Sequence record: PV173775
Length of the DNA: 64,000 nucleotides
Source: Escherichia phage GEP001
Direction: 5' to 3' (one strand)
This document shows, one piece after another, positions 1 through 8,606 of this stretch (position 1 is its first letter; each line of letters begins with the position of its first letter). The position numbers and the translations under genes were made by a program. Below the pieces are notes generated by a model. The model made no database searches. It worked only from the letters and a program-made list of their open reading frames with translations, and was not told the DNA's origin.

Positions 1-38
1 CGCGACGTTATCGCTCGTACCTTTACTGAGAGTCTGTA

Positions 39-260
39 ATGGCAAAGATAATTATTGAAGGTTCTGAAGATGTGCTAAATGCTTTCGCCGAATGGTTTAG
101 TAATTCAGGCGAACAACAATTTAACGAAGCATGGAACATGGGTGATATTAATGGAATTTATCCTACTACAGAAATTTCTGTTCAGGGATATGGCATTCAT
201 GAACCTATTCGTTTAGTTGAATACGATTTATGTACTGGTGAGGAAGTCAAATATGATTGA
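39..260 (+). CDS. hypothetical small protein (73 aa)
   Basis: ATG with GAGAG upstream; stop overlaps next start (ATGATTGA); operon context. Confidence 0.5.
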   Translation: MAKIIIEGSEDVLNAFAEWFSNSGEQQFNEAWNMGDINGIYPTTEISVQGYGIHEPIRLVEYDLCTGEEVKYD

Positions 261-519
261 AGATATTAAAGGTTATAAGCCGCACACTGAAGAGAAAATC
301 GGTAAAGTAAATGCTATTAAAGACGCTGAAGTTCGTTTAGGACTTATCTTTGATGCTTTATACGATGAATTTTGGGAAGCATTTGATAGCTGTGAAGATG
401 ATGAACTCGCAAAGAATTATGCTGAAAGTCTCGATCAGTTAACTATTGCTAAAACGAAACTCAAAGAAGCCAGTATGTGGGCTTGTCGTGCAGTGTTCCA
501 ACCAGAGGAAAAATATTAA
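253..519 (+). CDS. small protein (88 aa), candidate Vs.4/Acb2-like anti-CBASS sponge by position only
   Basis: ATG 253 after GAGGAAG; two genes upstream of regB where T4 has vs.4; synteny and size only. Confidence 0.45.
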   Translation: MIEDIKGYKPHTEEKIGKVNAIKDAEVRLGLIFDALYDEFWEAFDSCEDDELAKNYAESLDQLTIAKTKLKEASMWACRAVFQPEEKY

Positions 520-797
520 TGGCTCAATTAAGCGCAGGGTTTGGTTATGAGTATTATACTGCCCCTCGTCGTGTATCTGTTGCTCCTAAGAAAATTCAAA
601 GTCTTGATGACTTCCAAGAAGTAGTCCGTAAAGCTTTCCAGGACTACGCACGTTATCTTAAAGAAGATTCACAGGACTGTCTCGAAGAAGATGAAATTGC
701 TTACTATGAGCAGCGTCTTGAACAGCTTAAAAACCTACATGAGGTTCGTGCAGAAGTTTCAAAGTCTATGAATAAATTGATTAGATTTAAAGAATAA
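519..797 (+). CDS. hypothetical protein (92 aa)
   Basis: ATG overlapping previous stop (TAATG), GAGGAAAA SD; immediately upstream of regB promoter. Confidence 0.5.
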   Translation: MAQLSAGFGYEYYTAPRRVSVAPKKIQSLDDFQEVVRKAFQDYARYLKEDSQDCLEEDEIAYYEQRLEQLKNLHEVRAEVSKSMNKLIRFKE

Positions 798-799
798 TT

Positions 800-829
800 G
801 TTTACTTTTCCTCTTGACTGTGGTATAAT
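800..829 (+). promoter_or_regulatory. T4-type early promoter (regB)
   Basis: GTTTAC 800-805, 18-nt spacer, TGTGGTATAAT ending 829. Confidence 0.6.
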
Positions 830-856
830 TTTTCTATCAGTTAAGAGGAGAATAAC

Positions 857-1318
857 ATGACTATCAACACTGAAGTTTTTATCCGTCGAAATAAGCTTCG
901 TCGTCACTTTGAGTCGGAGTTTCGTCAAATTAACAATGAGATTCGTGAGGCATCAAAAGCAGCAGGGGTCTCATCGTTTCATCTAAAATATTCTCAGCAT
1001 CTTCTTGATCGTGCAATTCAACGGGAGATTGATGAGACATACGTTTTTGAATTATTCCACAAAATAAAAGACCATGTTTTAGAAGTTAATGAATTCCTGA
1101 GTATGCCTCCGCGTCCTGACATTGACGAGGATTTTATTGATGGGGTTGAATATCGTCCTGGGCGTTTAGAAATCACAGATGGAAATCTTTGGCTTGGATT
1201 TACAGTTTGTAAACCTAATGCGAAGTTCAAAGACCCGTCGCTTCAATGTAGGATGGCAATTATCAACAGTCGTCGTTTACCAGGAAAGGCTTCTAAAGCA
1301 GTAATTAAAACTCAATGA
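857..1318 (+). CDS. regB: RegB site-specific endoribonuclease
   Basis: 153 aa protein matching T4 RegB in length and sequence as recalled; AAGAGGAG SD; early promoter upstream. Confidence 0.85.
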   Translation: MTINTEVFIRRNKLRRHFESEFRQINNEIREASKAAGVSSFHLKYSQHLLDRAIQREIDETYVFELFHKIKDHVLEVNEFLSMPPRPDIDEDFIDGVEYRPGRLEITDGNLWLGFTVCKPNAKFKDPSLQCRMAIINSRRLPGKASKAVIKTQ

Positions 1319-1325
1319 GGTAAGC

Positions 1326-1871
1326 ATGAGAAAAGCACTACTCGCTGGTCTATTGGCCATTTCAATGATGGCACATAGCTCCGAGCATACTTTCAGTAAT
1401 GTCCAACTCGATAACATGCGTTACGCGTATCAATTCGGGGAACAATTTTCTAAGGATGGAAAATATAAAACACACAAAAATATCCACAAGAGCGGATTGG
1501 GTCATATAATGGCTGCTATTTTATGGCAAGAAAGCTCTGCCGGAGTTAATTTAAAATCTAAACCAAAGCATCATGCCTACGGAATGTTCCAAAATTATTT
1601 GCCGACTATGCGAGCAAGAATTAAGGAACTTGGTTATAATATGACCGATGCCGAAATAAAAAGAATGTTGAATAAACGGTCCAATTCAGCTTCCTGGGCG
1701 TACATTGAACTTTCTTATTGGTTAAATATACATAAGGGTGATATAAGAAAGGCAATATCCTCTTATAATTCGGGATGGAATGTTAAAGCAGGTTCTAAAT
1801 ATGCTTCTGAAGTCCTAGAAAAGGCTAACTACCTTAAAAATAATAAACTTTTGGAAATAGTAAATGACTAA
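1326..1871 (+). CDS. secreted lytic transglycosylase/SLT-like protein
   Basis: N-terminal signal peptide; ES...GMFQ catalytic-type motif of SLT/lysozyme-like domains; position of T4 vs.1. Confidence 0.6.
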   Translation: MRKALLAGLLAISMMAHSSEHTFSNVQLDNMRYAYQFGEQFSKDGKYKTHKNIHKSGLGHIMAAILWQESSAGVNLKSKPKHHAYGMFQNYLPTMRARIKELGYNMTDAEIKRMLNKRSNSASWAYIELSYWLNIHKGDIRKAISSYNSGWNVKAGSKYASEVLEKANYLKNNKLLEIVND

Positions 1872-2205
1872 AATTTTGGTTTTATGTATAGGATTAATTT
1901 CATTTTCTGCGTTAGCAAATACATCATATACTGAAATTAGAGAGTATGTAAACCGTACTGCCGCGGATTATTGCGGGAAAAATAAAGCATGCCAAGCTGA
2001 ATTTGCGCAGAAATTAATATATGCATATAAAGACGGAGAAAGAGATAAATCAAGCAGATACAAGAACGATACTTTATTAAAACGATATGCTAAAAAGTGG
2101 AATACCTTAGAATGTTCAGTTGCGGAGGAGAAAGATAAAGCCGCTTGTCATTCAATGGTTGACCGTTTGGTAGATTCTTATAATCGAGGATTGAGTACTA
2201 GATGA
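1864..2205 (+). CDS. hypothetical secreted protein (113 aa)
   Basis: ATG overlapping upstream stop; hydrophobic N-terminal signal-like segment. Confidence 0.55.
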   Translation: MTKILVLCIGLISFSALANTSYTEIREYVNRTAADYCGKNKACQAEFAQKLIYAYKDGERDKSSRYKNDTLLKRYAKKWNTLECSVAEEKDKAACHSMVDRLVDSYNRGLSTR

Positions 2206-2681
2206 TTGTAAAATATATCAAGGGCGATATTGTCGCCCTATTTCTTCAAGGTAATATTATTGCGCACGGATGCAACTGCTTCCACACAATGGGCTCTGGT
2301 GTAGCGGGTCAATTAGCAAGAGCCTATCCCAAAATTTTAGAAATAGATAAAACCACTACCGAGTACGGTTCTCGTGATAAATTAGGCGATATGTCTATTG
2401 TTTTTAAACATAATCCTACAGGATTTGGTATATGCTATAACCTGTATACGCAATACGAACCGGGTCCTAATCTTGATTATGATGCTTTAGTAAATTGCAT
2501 GATAGAATTAAATCTACAGGCAGAAACCCTTTTGTTTAAACCAGTAATTTATATTCCACGTATAGGTTGTGGTATTGCTGGCGGTGATTGGGATAAGGTT
2601 TCTAAATTAATCGACATGTTTACTCCTGATATTGATTTAATAGTGGTGGATTATGAAAGCACATTACCCGCATCCGTTTGA
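2202..2681 (+). CDS. macro domain protein (ADP-ribose binding/processing)
   Basis: GDI...NIIAHGCNC...GSGVAGQLARAYP pattern typical of macro domains; GAGGA SD; coupled start. Confidence 0.6.
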   Translation: MIVKYIKGDIVALFLQGNIIAHGCNCFHTMGSGVAGQLARAYPKILEIDKTTTEYGSRDKLGDMSIVFKHNPTGFGICYNLYTQYEPGPNLDYDALVNCMIELNLQAETLLFKPVIYIPRIGCGIAGGDWDKVSKLIDMFTPDIDLIVVDYESTLPASV

Positions 2682-2865
2682 TCCTAAAAACAAAGCGGAA
2701 ATTATTCGTCAATGGGAACGCATTTGCCGTACTAAATGCCCAATTAATAGTCCACATGATGTAGATAAAGACTATATTGGAACATTCGTTGAATATACCT
2801 TTATTGATAGGAAAGGTCGTAAACAACATGTAGAAGAATATTGCTTAAAGGTTACATGGTTATGA
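2653..2865 (+). CDS. hypothetical protein (70 aa)
   Basis: ATG with GTGGTGGA upstream; overlaps end of macro gene; same-strand operon. Confidence 0.5.
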   Translation: MKAHYPHPFDPKNKAEIIRQWERICRTKCPINSPHDVDKDYIGTFVEYTFIDRKGRKQHVEEYCLKVTWL

Positions 2866-3068
2866 GCCAAACTAGTATTCTTAAAAATGCCCATTGTGAA
2901 AAGTGTAAATGGCCAGTTGTTTTTGCTTTATGCAATGATGAAATGGCTTGTGATTTCGATTATTGGTGCTATTGCTCTAATAAAGGATGCATCAATCATA
3001 AAGGCGAAGGATTTTATTCGGGATTTTATCCTTATCCCGATTTCATTAAAGAAGGTAAACCAAAATGA
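2862..3068 (+). CDS. Cys-rich small protein (68 aa), possible zinc binding
   Basis: ATGA start/stop overlap with upstream gene; AAAGG SD 9 nt upstream; multiple Cys pairs. Confidence 0.5.
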   Translation: MSQTSILKNAHCEKCKWPVVFALCNDEMACDFDYWCYCSNKGCINHKGEGFYSGFYPYPDFIKEGKPK

Positions 3069-3238
3069 ATAATTTTGAGTTACAATATGAAGTGTTACGT
3101 GAACTTGATAATTTAATTGAACTCGCTGTTAATAAAGGTTTTGCCATTGGAATTGGTCAAAAAGATACTGATCATTTAACTATGGAAATATTTAAGCAAA
3201 AACGAATTATTTTAAAACTTCTGGAAATTAATATATGA
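3065..3238 (+). CDS. hypothetical small protein (57 aa)
   Basis: ATGA overlaps at both ends link it to flanking genes; below 60 aa so absent from ORF track. Confidence 0.4.
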   Translation: MNNFELQYEVLRELDNLIELAVNKGFAIGIGQKDTDHLTMEIFKQKRIILKLLEINI

Positions 3239-3420
3239 GTCTGAGCAAAGAACAAAAAGATAAATTGTTTGAGCTTATCCATGAACTTCTAGATGAGCAT
3301 ACAGAAGCAAACACCTTTTATGATGAATACGGCCCGCTATCTCCCGATCAGCAAGAAGAATTTGCTGATCGGTTTGATAAGAAAGAAAATGAATTAATAG
3401 CTTATGTGAATACGCTTTAA
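3235..3420 (+). CDS. hypothetical acidic protein (61 aa)
   Basis: ATGA overlap with upstream ORF; directly precedes tk. Confidence 0.5.
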   Translation: MSLSKEQKDKLFELIHELLDEHTEANTFYDEYGPLSPDQQEEFADRFDKKENELIAYVNTL

Positions 3421-3429
3421 GAAGGTGAT

Positions 3430-4011
3430 ATGGCGAGTTTAATTTTTACTTATGCAGCAATGAATGCTGGAAAATCTGCTTCTCTTTTGACTGCTGCGCA
3501 TAATTATAAAGAACGCGGAATGGGTGTATTAGTTCTTAAGCCTGCTATTGATACTCGCGATTCTGTTTGTGAAGTCGTTTCTCGCATTGGAATTAAGCAG
3601 GAAGCGAATATTATTACGGATGATATGGATATTTTTGAGTTCTATAAATGGGCTGAAGCACAAAAAGATATTCATTGTGTATTTGTAGATGAAGCACAGT
3701 TTTTAAAAACTGAACAGGTGCATCAATTAAGCCGAATTGTCGATACATATAATGTTCCTGTTATGGCTTATGGACTAAGGACTGATTTCGCTGGAAAATT
3801 ATTTGAAGGTTCTAAAGAACTTTTGGCTATTGCAGATAAACTTATTGAACTGAAGGCAGTTTGTCATTGCGGTAAAAAAGCGATTATGACAGCTCGATTA
3901 ATGGAAGATGGAACACCAGTTAAAGAAGGTAATCAAATCTGTATTGGTGATGAAATTTATGTTTCTTTGTGTAGAAAACATTGGAATGAATTAACTAAAA
4001 AGCTCGGTTAG
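3430..4011 (+). CDS. tk: thymidine kinase
   Basis: 193 aa; P-loop NAGKSAS; C-terminal CHCG...C zinc motif typical of type II thymidine kinases; matches T4 Tk. Confidence 0.95.
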   Translation: MASLIFTYAAMNAGKSASLLTAAHNYKERGMGVLVLKPAIDTRDSVCEVVSRIGIKQEANIITDDMDIFEFYKWAEAQKDIHCVFVDEAQFLKTEQVHQLSRIVDTYNVPVMAYGLRTDFAGKLFEGSKELLAIADKLIELKAVCHCGKKAIMTARLMEDGTPVKEGNQICIGDEIYVSLCRKHWNELTKKLG

Positions 4012-4053
4012 TGCAAAAGTTATAAATAGGTTTATCTAACTAAAGGGGTATAT

Positions 4054-4266
4054 ATGCTACAATTAACTGAAAAGCAACTTCGCAATCTTACTGTGCTTCA
4101 ATTAGATGAAATTCGTAGGGAAGTTGGAAATATCATTTCAGCTTTGCGTCGAGAAGTATCGCTCAACCAATCTCCGGCAGACTATACTAGATTGCGAAAT
4201 TTTGAAAAATACCTTGATAAAGTTAAGGCCGTGCACCGGCATAAAGTAAATACAGGACAAAAATGA
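4054..4266 (+). CDS. hypothetical protein (70 aa)
   Basis: ATG after AAAGGGG SD; between tk and rI. Confidence 0.55.
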
Positions 4267-4278
4267 TAGGAGGCCTTT

Positions 4279-4572
4279 ATGGCCTTAAAAGCAACGGCAC
4301 TATTCGCCATGCTAGGATTAGCGTTTGTTTTATCTCCGCCGATTGAAGCGAATGTCGATCCTCATTTTGATAAATTTATGGAATCTGGTATTAGGCACGT
4401 TTATACACTTTTTGAAAATAAAAGCGTAGAATCGTCTGAACAATTCTATAGTTTTATGAGAACGACCTATAAAAATGACCCGTGCTCTTCTGATTTTGAA
4501 TGTATAGAGCGAGGCGCGGAGATGGCACAATCATACGCTAGAATTATGAACATTAAATTGGAGACTGAATGA
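4279..4572 (+). CDS. rI: lysis inhibition regulator RI (signal-anchored periplasmic antiholin)
   Basis: 97 aa, N-terminal membrane anchor, sequence matches T4 RI as recalled; TAGGAGG SD. Confidence 0.85.
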   Translation: MALKATALFAMLGLAFVLSPPIEANVDPHFDKFMESGIRHVYTLFENKSVESSEQFYSFMRTTYKNDPCSSDFECIERGAEMAQSYARIMNIKLETE

Positions 4573-4955
4573 AATTCAGCGACTTTTCACAAAGTGGAAA
4601 ACCTTCAAAGGCAGATGAATACTTAGGTTTATTAATGGCTGCACAAGCTTATTTTCATTCTGCGCATTTTGAAACTAAAAGTTATGCTAGACACAAAGCA
4701 TACGATTTTATTTTCTCTGAGTTGCCAGATTTGATTGATAAATTTGGTGAGCAATATTTGGGGTATTCTGGTAGAAAATACACACCTTCAATTCCAGATG
4801 CCAGTAAACTTCCTACCGACACAATTAAAATGATTGATCGCATATTAGACCAATCTAACAGCATTTACAAAGAAATGCCTCCAGCCATTCAAAGCACGAT
4901 AGATGATATTACTGGAATGTTTTATCAAAGTAAGTATCTTCTTTCCCTCGAATAA
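4569..4955 (+). CDS. hypothetical protein (128 aa)
   Basis: ATGA overlap with rI; followed by intrinsic terminator. Confidence 0.6.
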   Translation: MKFSDFSQSGKPSKADEYLGLLMAAQAYFHSAHFETKSYARHKAYDFIFSELPDLIDKFGEQYLGYSGRKYTPSIPDASKLPTDTIKMIDRILDQSNSIYKEMPPAIQSTIDDITGMFYQSKYLLSLE

Positions 4956-4959
4956 CATT

Positions 4960-4982
4960 AGTCTCCTTCGGGAGACTTTTTT
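4960..4982 (+). terminator. intrinsic terminator
   Basis: stem AGTCTCC / GGAGACT with TTCG loop, then T6 run. Confidence 0.75.
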
Positions 4983-4992
4983 CATTTTACCG

Positions 4993-5022
4993 GTTTACTT
5001 TCCATTTGAGCTGTGATACTAT
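4993..5022 (+). promoter_or_regulatory. T4-type early promoter
   Basis: GTTTAC, 18-nt spacer, TACTAT; immediately after terminator 4960-4982. Confidence 0.55.
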
Positions 5023-5050
5023 ACAACCATCGGATAAAGAGGAGAACATC

Positions 5051-5239
5051 ATGAAAATTGAAGCACTTAATCAAGAAGGAAATATCTACGTCATCATTAA
5101 TGGTGATTTTTTCGTCGACATGGATGAAGTTACCAGTGAAGAACTTGAAGAACTTCTTAAGAAACGTTATGATATGTGTGATGAAGCTGCAACTCACATG
5201 GCGTGTGCAATATTCTCTCTTTCATATGTGGTAGAATAA
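5051..5239 (+). CDS. hypothetical acidic protein (62 aa)
   Basis: ATG after AAGAGGAGAA SD, downstream of early promoter; track ORF starts earlier at TTG. Confidence 0.5.
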   Translation: MKIEALNQEGNIYVIINGDFFVDMDEVTSEELEELLKKRYDMCDEAATHMACAIFSLSYVVE

Positions 5240-5442
5240 TGATTAGTATCGAACAAGCAGATAAAATTAAAGAATTGGTAGCTTTAATTCGCAAAGCAGA
5301 CGAGGAACTTAGTGACTTTGCTTGGTTTTCGGCAGGCATTGCAAATAAAGGCGCTGAAGAACTTGAAGCTAAAGTTGATAATGCTGTAGAAGCTTTAGAT
5401 ATGTTTCTTGATGAAATTATCGATCATAATACGAGAGTTTAA
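5239..5442 (+). CDS. hypothetical protein (67 aa)
   Basis: TAATG-type overlap with upstream ORF. Confidence 0.5.
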   Translation: MISIEQADKIKELVALIRKADEELSDFAWFSAGIANKGAEELEAKVDNAVEALDMFLDEIIDHNTRV

Positions 5443-5444
5443 GT

Positions 5445-5639
5445 ATGCTGACACACGAACAGTTTGAAAAAATCATTAAATTAGTACGTGATGTTGAAAT
5501 AGATTCATATCAATTAGCAGTTGAGCATTGTGAAGGATACTCATACGATGGTATAGAAGCAGCTAAAAAGGATTTGGATAAATCCAAAGCTAAGTTAGTT
5601 CAATATCTTGAAATGATTAGGTGGAATAATGAAAACTGA
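5445..5639 (+). CDS. hypothetical protein (64 aa)
   Basis: ATG 2 nt after upstream stop. Confidence 0.5.
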   Translation: MLTHEQFEKIIKLVRDVEIDSYQLAVEHCEGYSYDGIEAAKKDLDKSKAKLVQYLEMIRWNNEN

Positions 5640-5802
5640 AAAGCAGATGTTTTTAATGAAGCTAATTGAAGAATACGCTAATGCAGTTTCTGACTATGAG
5701 TGTTCTTCTCGTGAAAGAGGTACAGCTTTCGCAAAGGAAGAAATGAAAATCATGGTTGATGCTCACACAAAGCTTCAGAATTTTATTGAAAACGTCATTT
5801 AA
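5629..5802 (+). CDS. hypothetical small protein (57 aa)
   Basis: ATG overlapping upstream gene end; open to TAA at 5800-5802. Confidence 0.4.
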   Translation: MKTEKQMFLMKLIEEYANAVSDYECSSRERGTAFAKEEMKIMVDAHTKLQNFIENVI

Positions 5803-5804
5803 TG

Positions 5805-5834
5805 GTTTACAAGTTGGCAAGGTTATGGTATAGT
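5805..5834 (+). promoter_or_regulatory. T4-type early promoter
   Basis: GTTTACAAG, 18-nt spacer, TATAGT; partial inverted repeat around -10. Confidence 0.55.
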
Positions 5835-5862
5835 AATCTTGTCAACTGCCAAGGAGAAGAGA

Positions 5863-5967
5863 ATGAAAGTTTTGTTTGTTGTGTATGTGATGATTCAATA
5901 TAATTACCCGATGTTTACTTATAATCTGGTGAACAACATTATTGATATTATTCAAAGGAGTATGTAA
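5863..5967 (+). CDS. possible 34-aa hydrophobic peptide
   Basis: strong AAGGAG SD 6 nt before ATG just downstream of early promoter; very short. Confidence 0.3.
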   Translation: MKVLFVVYVMIQYNYPMFTYNLVNNIIDIIQRSM

Positions 5968-5969
5968 TT

Positions 5970-6527
5970 GTGAGTGAGTCGAAGAGAATCAATATGAAAC
6001 GATTAGTATTAGAAGTTAGTCCGCTTTTTGGTGAATTGGCTATAGAAAAAGTAAATAGCATGTATCGTTTGACGCAAGAAGACGATATGCTGTATTTTAC
6101 GCCTAGTGAAATCATTCATTTAACCCAAATTGAATATCCTTATACTGATAAAATAGTAAGCATCAATGATGAGCACAAAATTCATTTTTATTCTTCATGT
6201 CCAGGATTTAATATTAAAAGTGAGTCAATGTGTTTATCAGTTATTCATTGGGATAGTTTTATAGCTAAGATTAAATATTTTTATTATTCTAATGAAAGAA
6301 AACATAGTTTAAAATGGCTCAAAAATTGCAATGCTATTATTACTAACGATTGCAATCAGAATGATGAAACTCTTTTAAATGTATCAAAATGTTATGAAGA
6401 GGGAGATGTCTTAACTATTCGTCAAATTGATGATTTTCGATCACATATTGTCACATTTACCAAAGACGAAGCTATTGCGCTAAAGACTTATCTTGATTCT
6501 GTCATTCCAACTATGATTTCAAAGTGA
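5970..6527 (+). CDS. hypothetical protein (185 aa), paralog of next gene
   Basis: GTG start with AAAGGAG SD (alternative ATG at 5994); C-terminal motif shared with 6534..7055. Confidence 0.5.
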   Translation: MSESKRINMKRLVLEVSPLFGELAIEKVNSMYRLTQEDDMLYFTPSEIIHLTQIEYPYTDKIVSINDEHKIHFYSSCPGFNIKSESMCLSVIHWDSFIAKIKYFYYSNERKHSLKWLKNCNAIITNDCNQNDETLLNVSKCYEEGDVLTIRQIDDFRSHIVTFTKDEAIALKTYLDSVIPTMISK

Positions 6528-6533
6528 GGAAAT

Positions 6534-7055
6534 ATGTTTATTTCAAGTGAAAGTGGTTTAATTCGTGTTGAATTTAAAAATGACATCTTTCTTATTCAAG
6601 GAGATGATATTATTAAAATGAGTTATGATGAAATCAAGAAAATTTGTCATGCTCTTGAAAGTCATGGAAAGGAAAATGCTACTATCGATATAGGTGATTT
6701 ATGGGTGACACTTTATGAAGTATCCGAAGGATTTAACATTGAAGATGAAAACAACATCTTAGCTATTGATAAAAGAAGTGATTTGTTTGATGTATTAAAA
6801 GTTTATGAACAGTCAAACGGTGGAAGAAAAGCTGCATTGATTTATCAAAAACCACATTCATGTGGAACTGCTTCAATCATTTCAAATATTGAAGATGAAA
6901 CTGATACTTATATGTGTGTTTTGAAAGCTGGTGGTGACCGTCATCCGGATTTTATTTCTATTCGTCAAAACAATGGAGAAATTTCATTATCAAAATCAGA
7001 AGCTGAAGCTATGATTAAGTATTTAACAACTGTTACACCTTCAATGAAAGGATAA
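6534..7055 (+). CDS. hypothetical protein (173 aa), paralog of previous gene
   Basis: GTGAGGAAA SD; C-terminal ...YL..V.P.M motif shared with upstream neighbour. Confidence 0.55.
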   Translation: MFISSESGLIRVEFKNDIFLIQGDDIIKMSYDEIKKICHALESHGKENATIDIGDLWVTLYEVSEGFNIEDENNILAIDKRSDLFDVLKVYEQSNGGRKAALIYQKPHSCGTASIISNIEDETDTYMCVLKAGGDRHPDFISIRQNNGEISLSKSEAEAMIKYLTTVTPSMKG

Positions 7056-7057
7056 TT

Positions 7058-7519
7058 ATGATTATTAATGAAAGCTCTTGGCACTATAAATTATTCAAAA
7101 TGTTTAATGATGAATGGAAACGACCTAAGACACTATGCGCGTATTTTTGGTCTATTGTTATTCCTACATTTTTCGTTTCTTTTTTCGGATGTACTATACT
7201 CGCAGGTCTAACTATCATCTGTGCAGAAATCATACAGAAATGGCTTATTTTTGGTAGTTTATGGACTCTTATTCCATCAGCATTTATACTTGCTATTTTG
7301 CTTGTTTTACTTATTATCGGTTCATTTGTTATTCCCGCACAACTGCATGAAAAATATAAAGATTATAAATGGAAAAAGGATTACTCTTTACATGTAGAAA
7401 ATATTGATAGGGCGTATAAAGGTTTACCTCCTATTCAACCAAAGAAATCTATTATCGTCGAATTTTTAAAAGCGCGTAAAGCTAAAGTATGTCCTGTTAT
7501 TGAATATAAGGCTGAATGA
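7058..7519 (+). CDS. integral membrane protein (153 aa)
   Basis: AAAGGA SD; two or three long hydrophobic helices. Confidence 0.55.
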   Translation: MIINESSWHYKLFKMFNDEWKRPKTLCAYFWSIVIPTFFVSFFGCTILAGLTIICAEIIQKWLIFGSLWTLIPSAFILAILLVLLIIGSFVIPAQLHEKYKDYKWKKDYSLHVENIDRAYKGLPPIQPKKSIIVEFLKARKAKVCPVIEYKAE

Positions 7520-8529
7520 TGAAAACAGTAATGAAAAGCTATTTTGGTAGTCATCTTTATGGAACTTCTACTCCAGAATCTGATGTAGATTTTAAAGAAA
7601 TTTTTGTTCCTCCTGCTCGCGATATTCTTATCGGAAATGTTAAAGAGCATATGAGTAAAAACACTAACAACACATCATCTAAAAACACTAAAGATGATAT
7701 TGACCATGAACTATACAGTCTTAAGTATTTCTTTAAATTAGCAGCAGATGGTGAAACTGTAGCATTGGATATGCTTCACACTCCACCTGAACTAGTAGTT
7801 AAATCTGATTTGCCTGATGTATGGAAGTTTATTCAAGACAATCGTTCTCGTTTTTATACGACTAACATGAAATCCTATTTAGGATATGTTCGCAAGCAAG
7901 CTTCTAAATATGGTGTCAAGGGTTCTCGTTTGGCCGCATTGCGTGATGTATTGAAAGTAGTTAATCAAATCCCTGAGCAATGGGTCGATTACCAAGAAGA
8001 CGGTTCCATTAAGCAGCGTCGAACTAAAGTTGAAGATATTAAGCATCGTCTTCCAGAGAACGAATTCTGTGAATGGGTATTCCATAATCATGAGAAAACA
8101 GGCCCACAAACGTTCTACACTGTGTTGGGCCGTAAATATCAGACAACGCTTTCTCTTATCGAGCTTAAGCAGTCACTGAACAAATTAGATGCTGAATACG
8201 GCGAACGCGCTCGTAAGGCTGAAGCGAATGAGGGCATTGACTGGAAAGCTCTAAGTCATGCTTGTCGTGGCGGACTCCAACTATTGGAAATTTACAAAAC
8301 TGGTGACTTAGTCTATCCACTTCAAGACGCTCCATTTATTCTCGACGTGAAGTTGGGTAAACATCCATTTAAAACTGTTCAAGAGCTTTTGGAAGATGTG
8401 GTCGATCAAGTAGAAGCAGCATCTATTGAAGCTTCTAAGAATGGTATGCAACAAAAAGTAGACATGGGTTTCTGGGATGACTTCCTTGAGAGGGTTTATC
8501 TTGAAAACCATCGAAGTTATTATAAATGA
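7516..8529 (+). CDS. Pol-beta-superfamily nucleotidyltransferase-like protein
   Basis: N-terminal GS-x9-DVD motif (FGSHLYGTSTPESDVDF); 337 aa; ATGA overlap with upstream gene. Confidence 0.55.
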   Translation: MMKTVMKSYFGSHLYGTSTPESDVDFKEIFVPPARDILIGNVKEHMSKNTNNTSSKNTKDDIDHELYSLKYFFKLAADGETVALDMLHTPPELVVKSDLPDVWKFIQDNRSRFYTTNMKSYLGYVRKQASKYGVKGSRLAALRDVLKVVNQIPEQWVDYQEDGSIKQRRTKVEDIKHRLPENEFCEWVFHNHEKTGPQTFYTVLGRKYQTTLSLIELKQSLNKLDAEYGERARKAEANEGIDWKALSHACRGGLQLLEIYKTGDLVYPLQDAPFILDVKLGKHPFKTVQELLEDVVDQVEAASIEASKNGMQQKVDMGFWDDFLERVYLENHRSYYK

Positions 8530-8531
8530 TA

Positions 8532-8556
8532 GGGAGCCTTCGGGCTCCCTTTTTTT
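8532..8556 (+). terminator. intrinsic terminator
   Basis: stem GGGAGCC / GGCTCCC with TTCG loop, then T7 run. Confidence 0.8.
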
Positions 8557-8606
8557 ATTTCTATGGTACTATACAACTATCAACTGATACGGATTTGGAG
8601 AATAAA

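Noticed and set aside
704-928. Minus-strand ORFs from the six-frame track lying inside well-supported plus-strand genes (for example 704..928, 1018..1230, 2620..2829, 4330..4530, 14706..14984, 30300..30716, 57517..57990, 58165..58347)
   Set aside because: They are antisense to genes with strong homology or operon support, lack convincing SD sequences, and arise easily by chance; only the minus-strand ORF 44678..44878 has a strong SD and a free location.
2887-3072. Alternative-frame plus-strand ORFs overlapping stronger calls (2887..3072, 25236..25457, 27887..28150, 34032..34223, 37004..37213, 47697..47909)
   Set aside because: They sit in a different frame inside longer ORFs with recognisable products or better start contexts.
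8526-8606. N-terminal extensions of track ORFs 8526..9575, 35439..36008, 30762..31736, 12972..14024 and 5006..5239
   Set aside because: The extended starts are non-ATG codons that read through terminator hairpins or promoter elements; internal ATGs with good SD were used instead.
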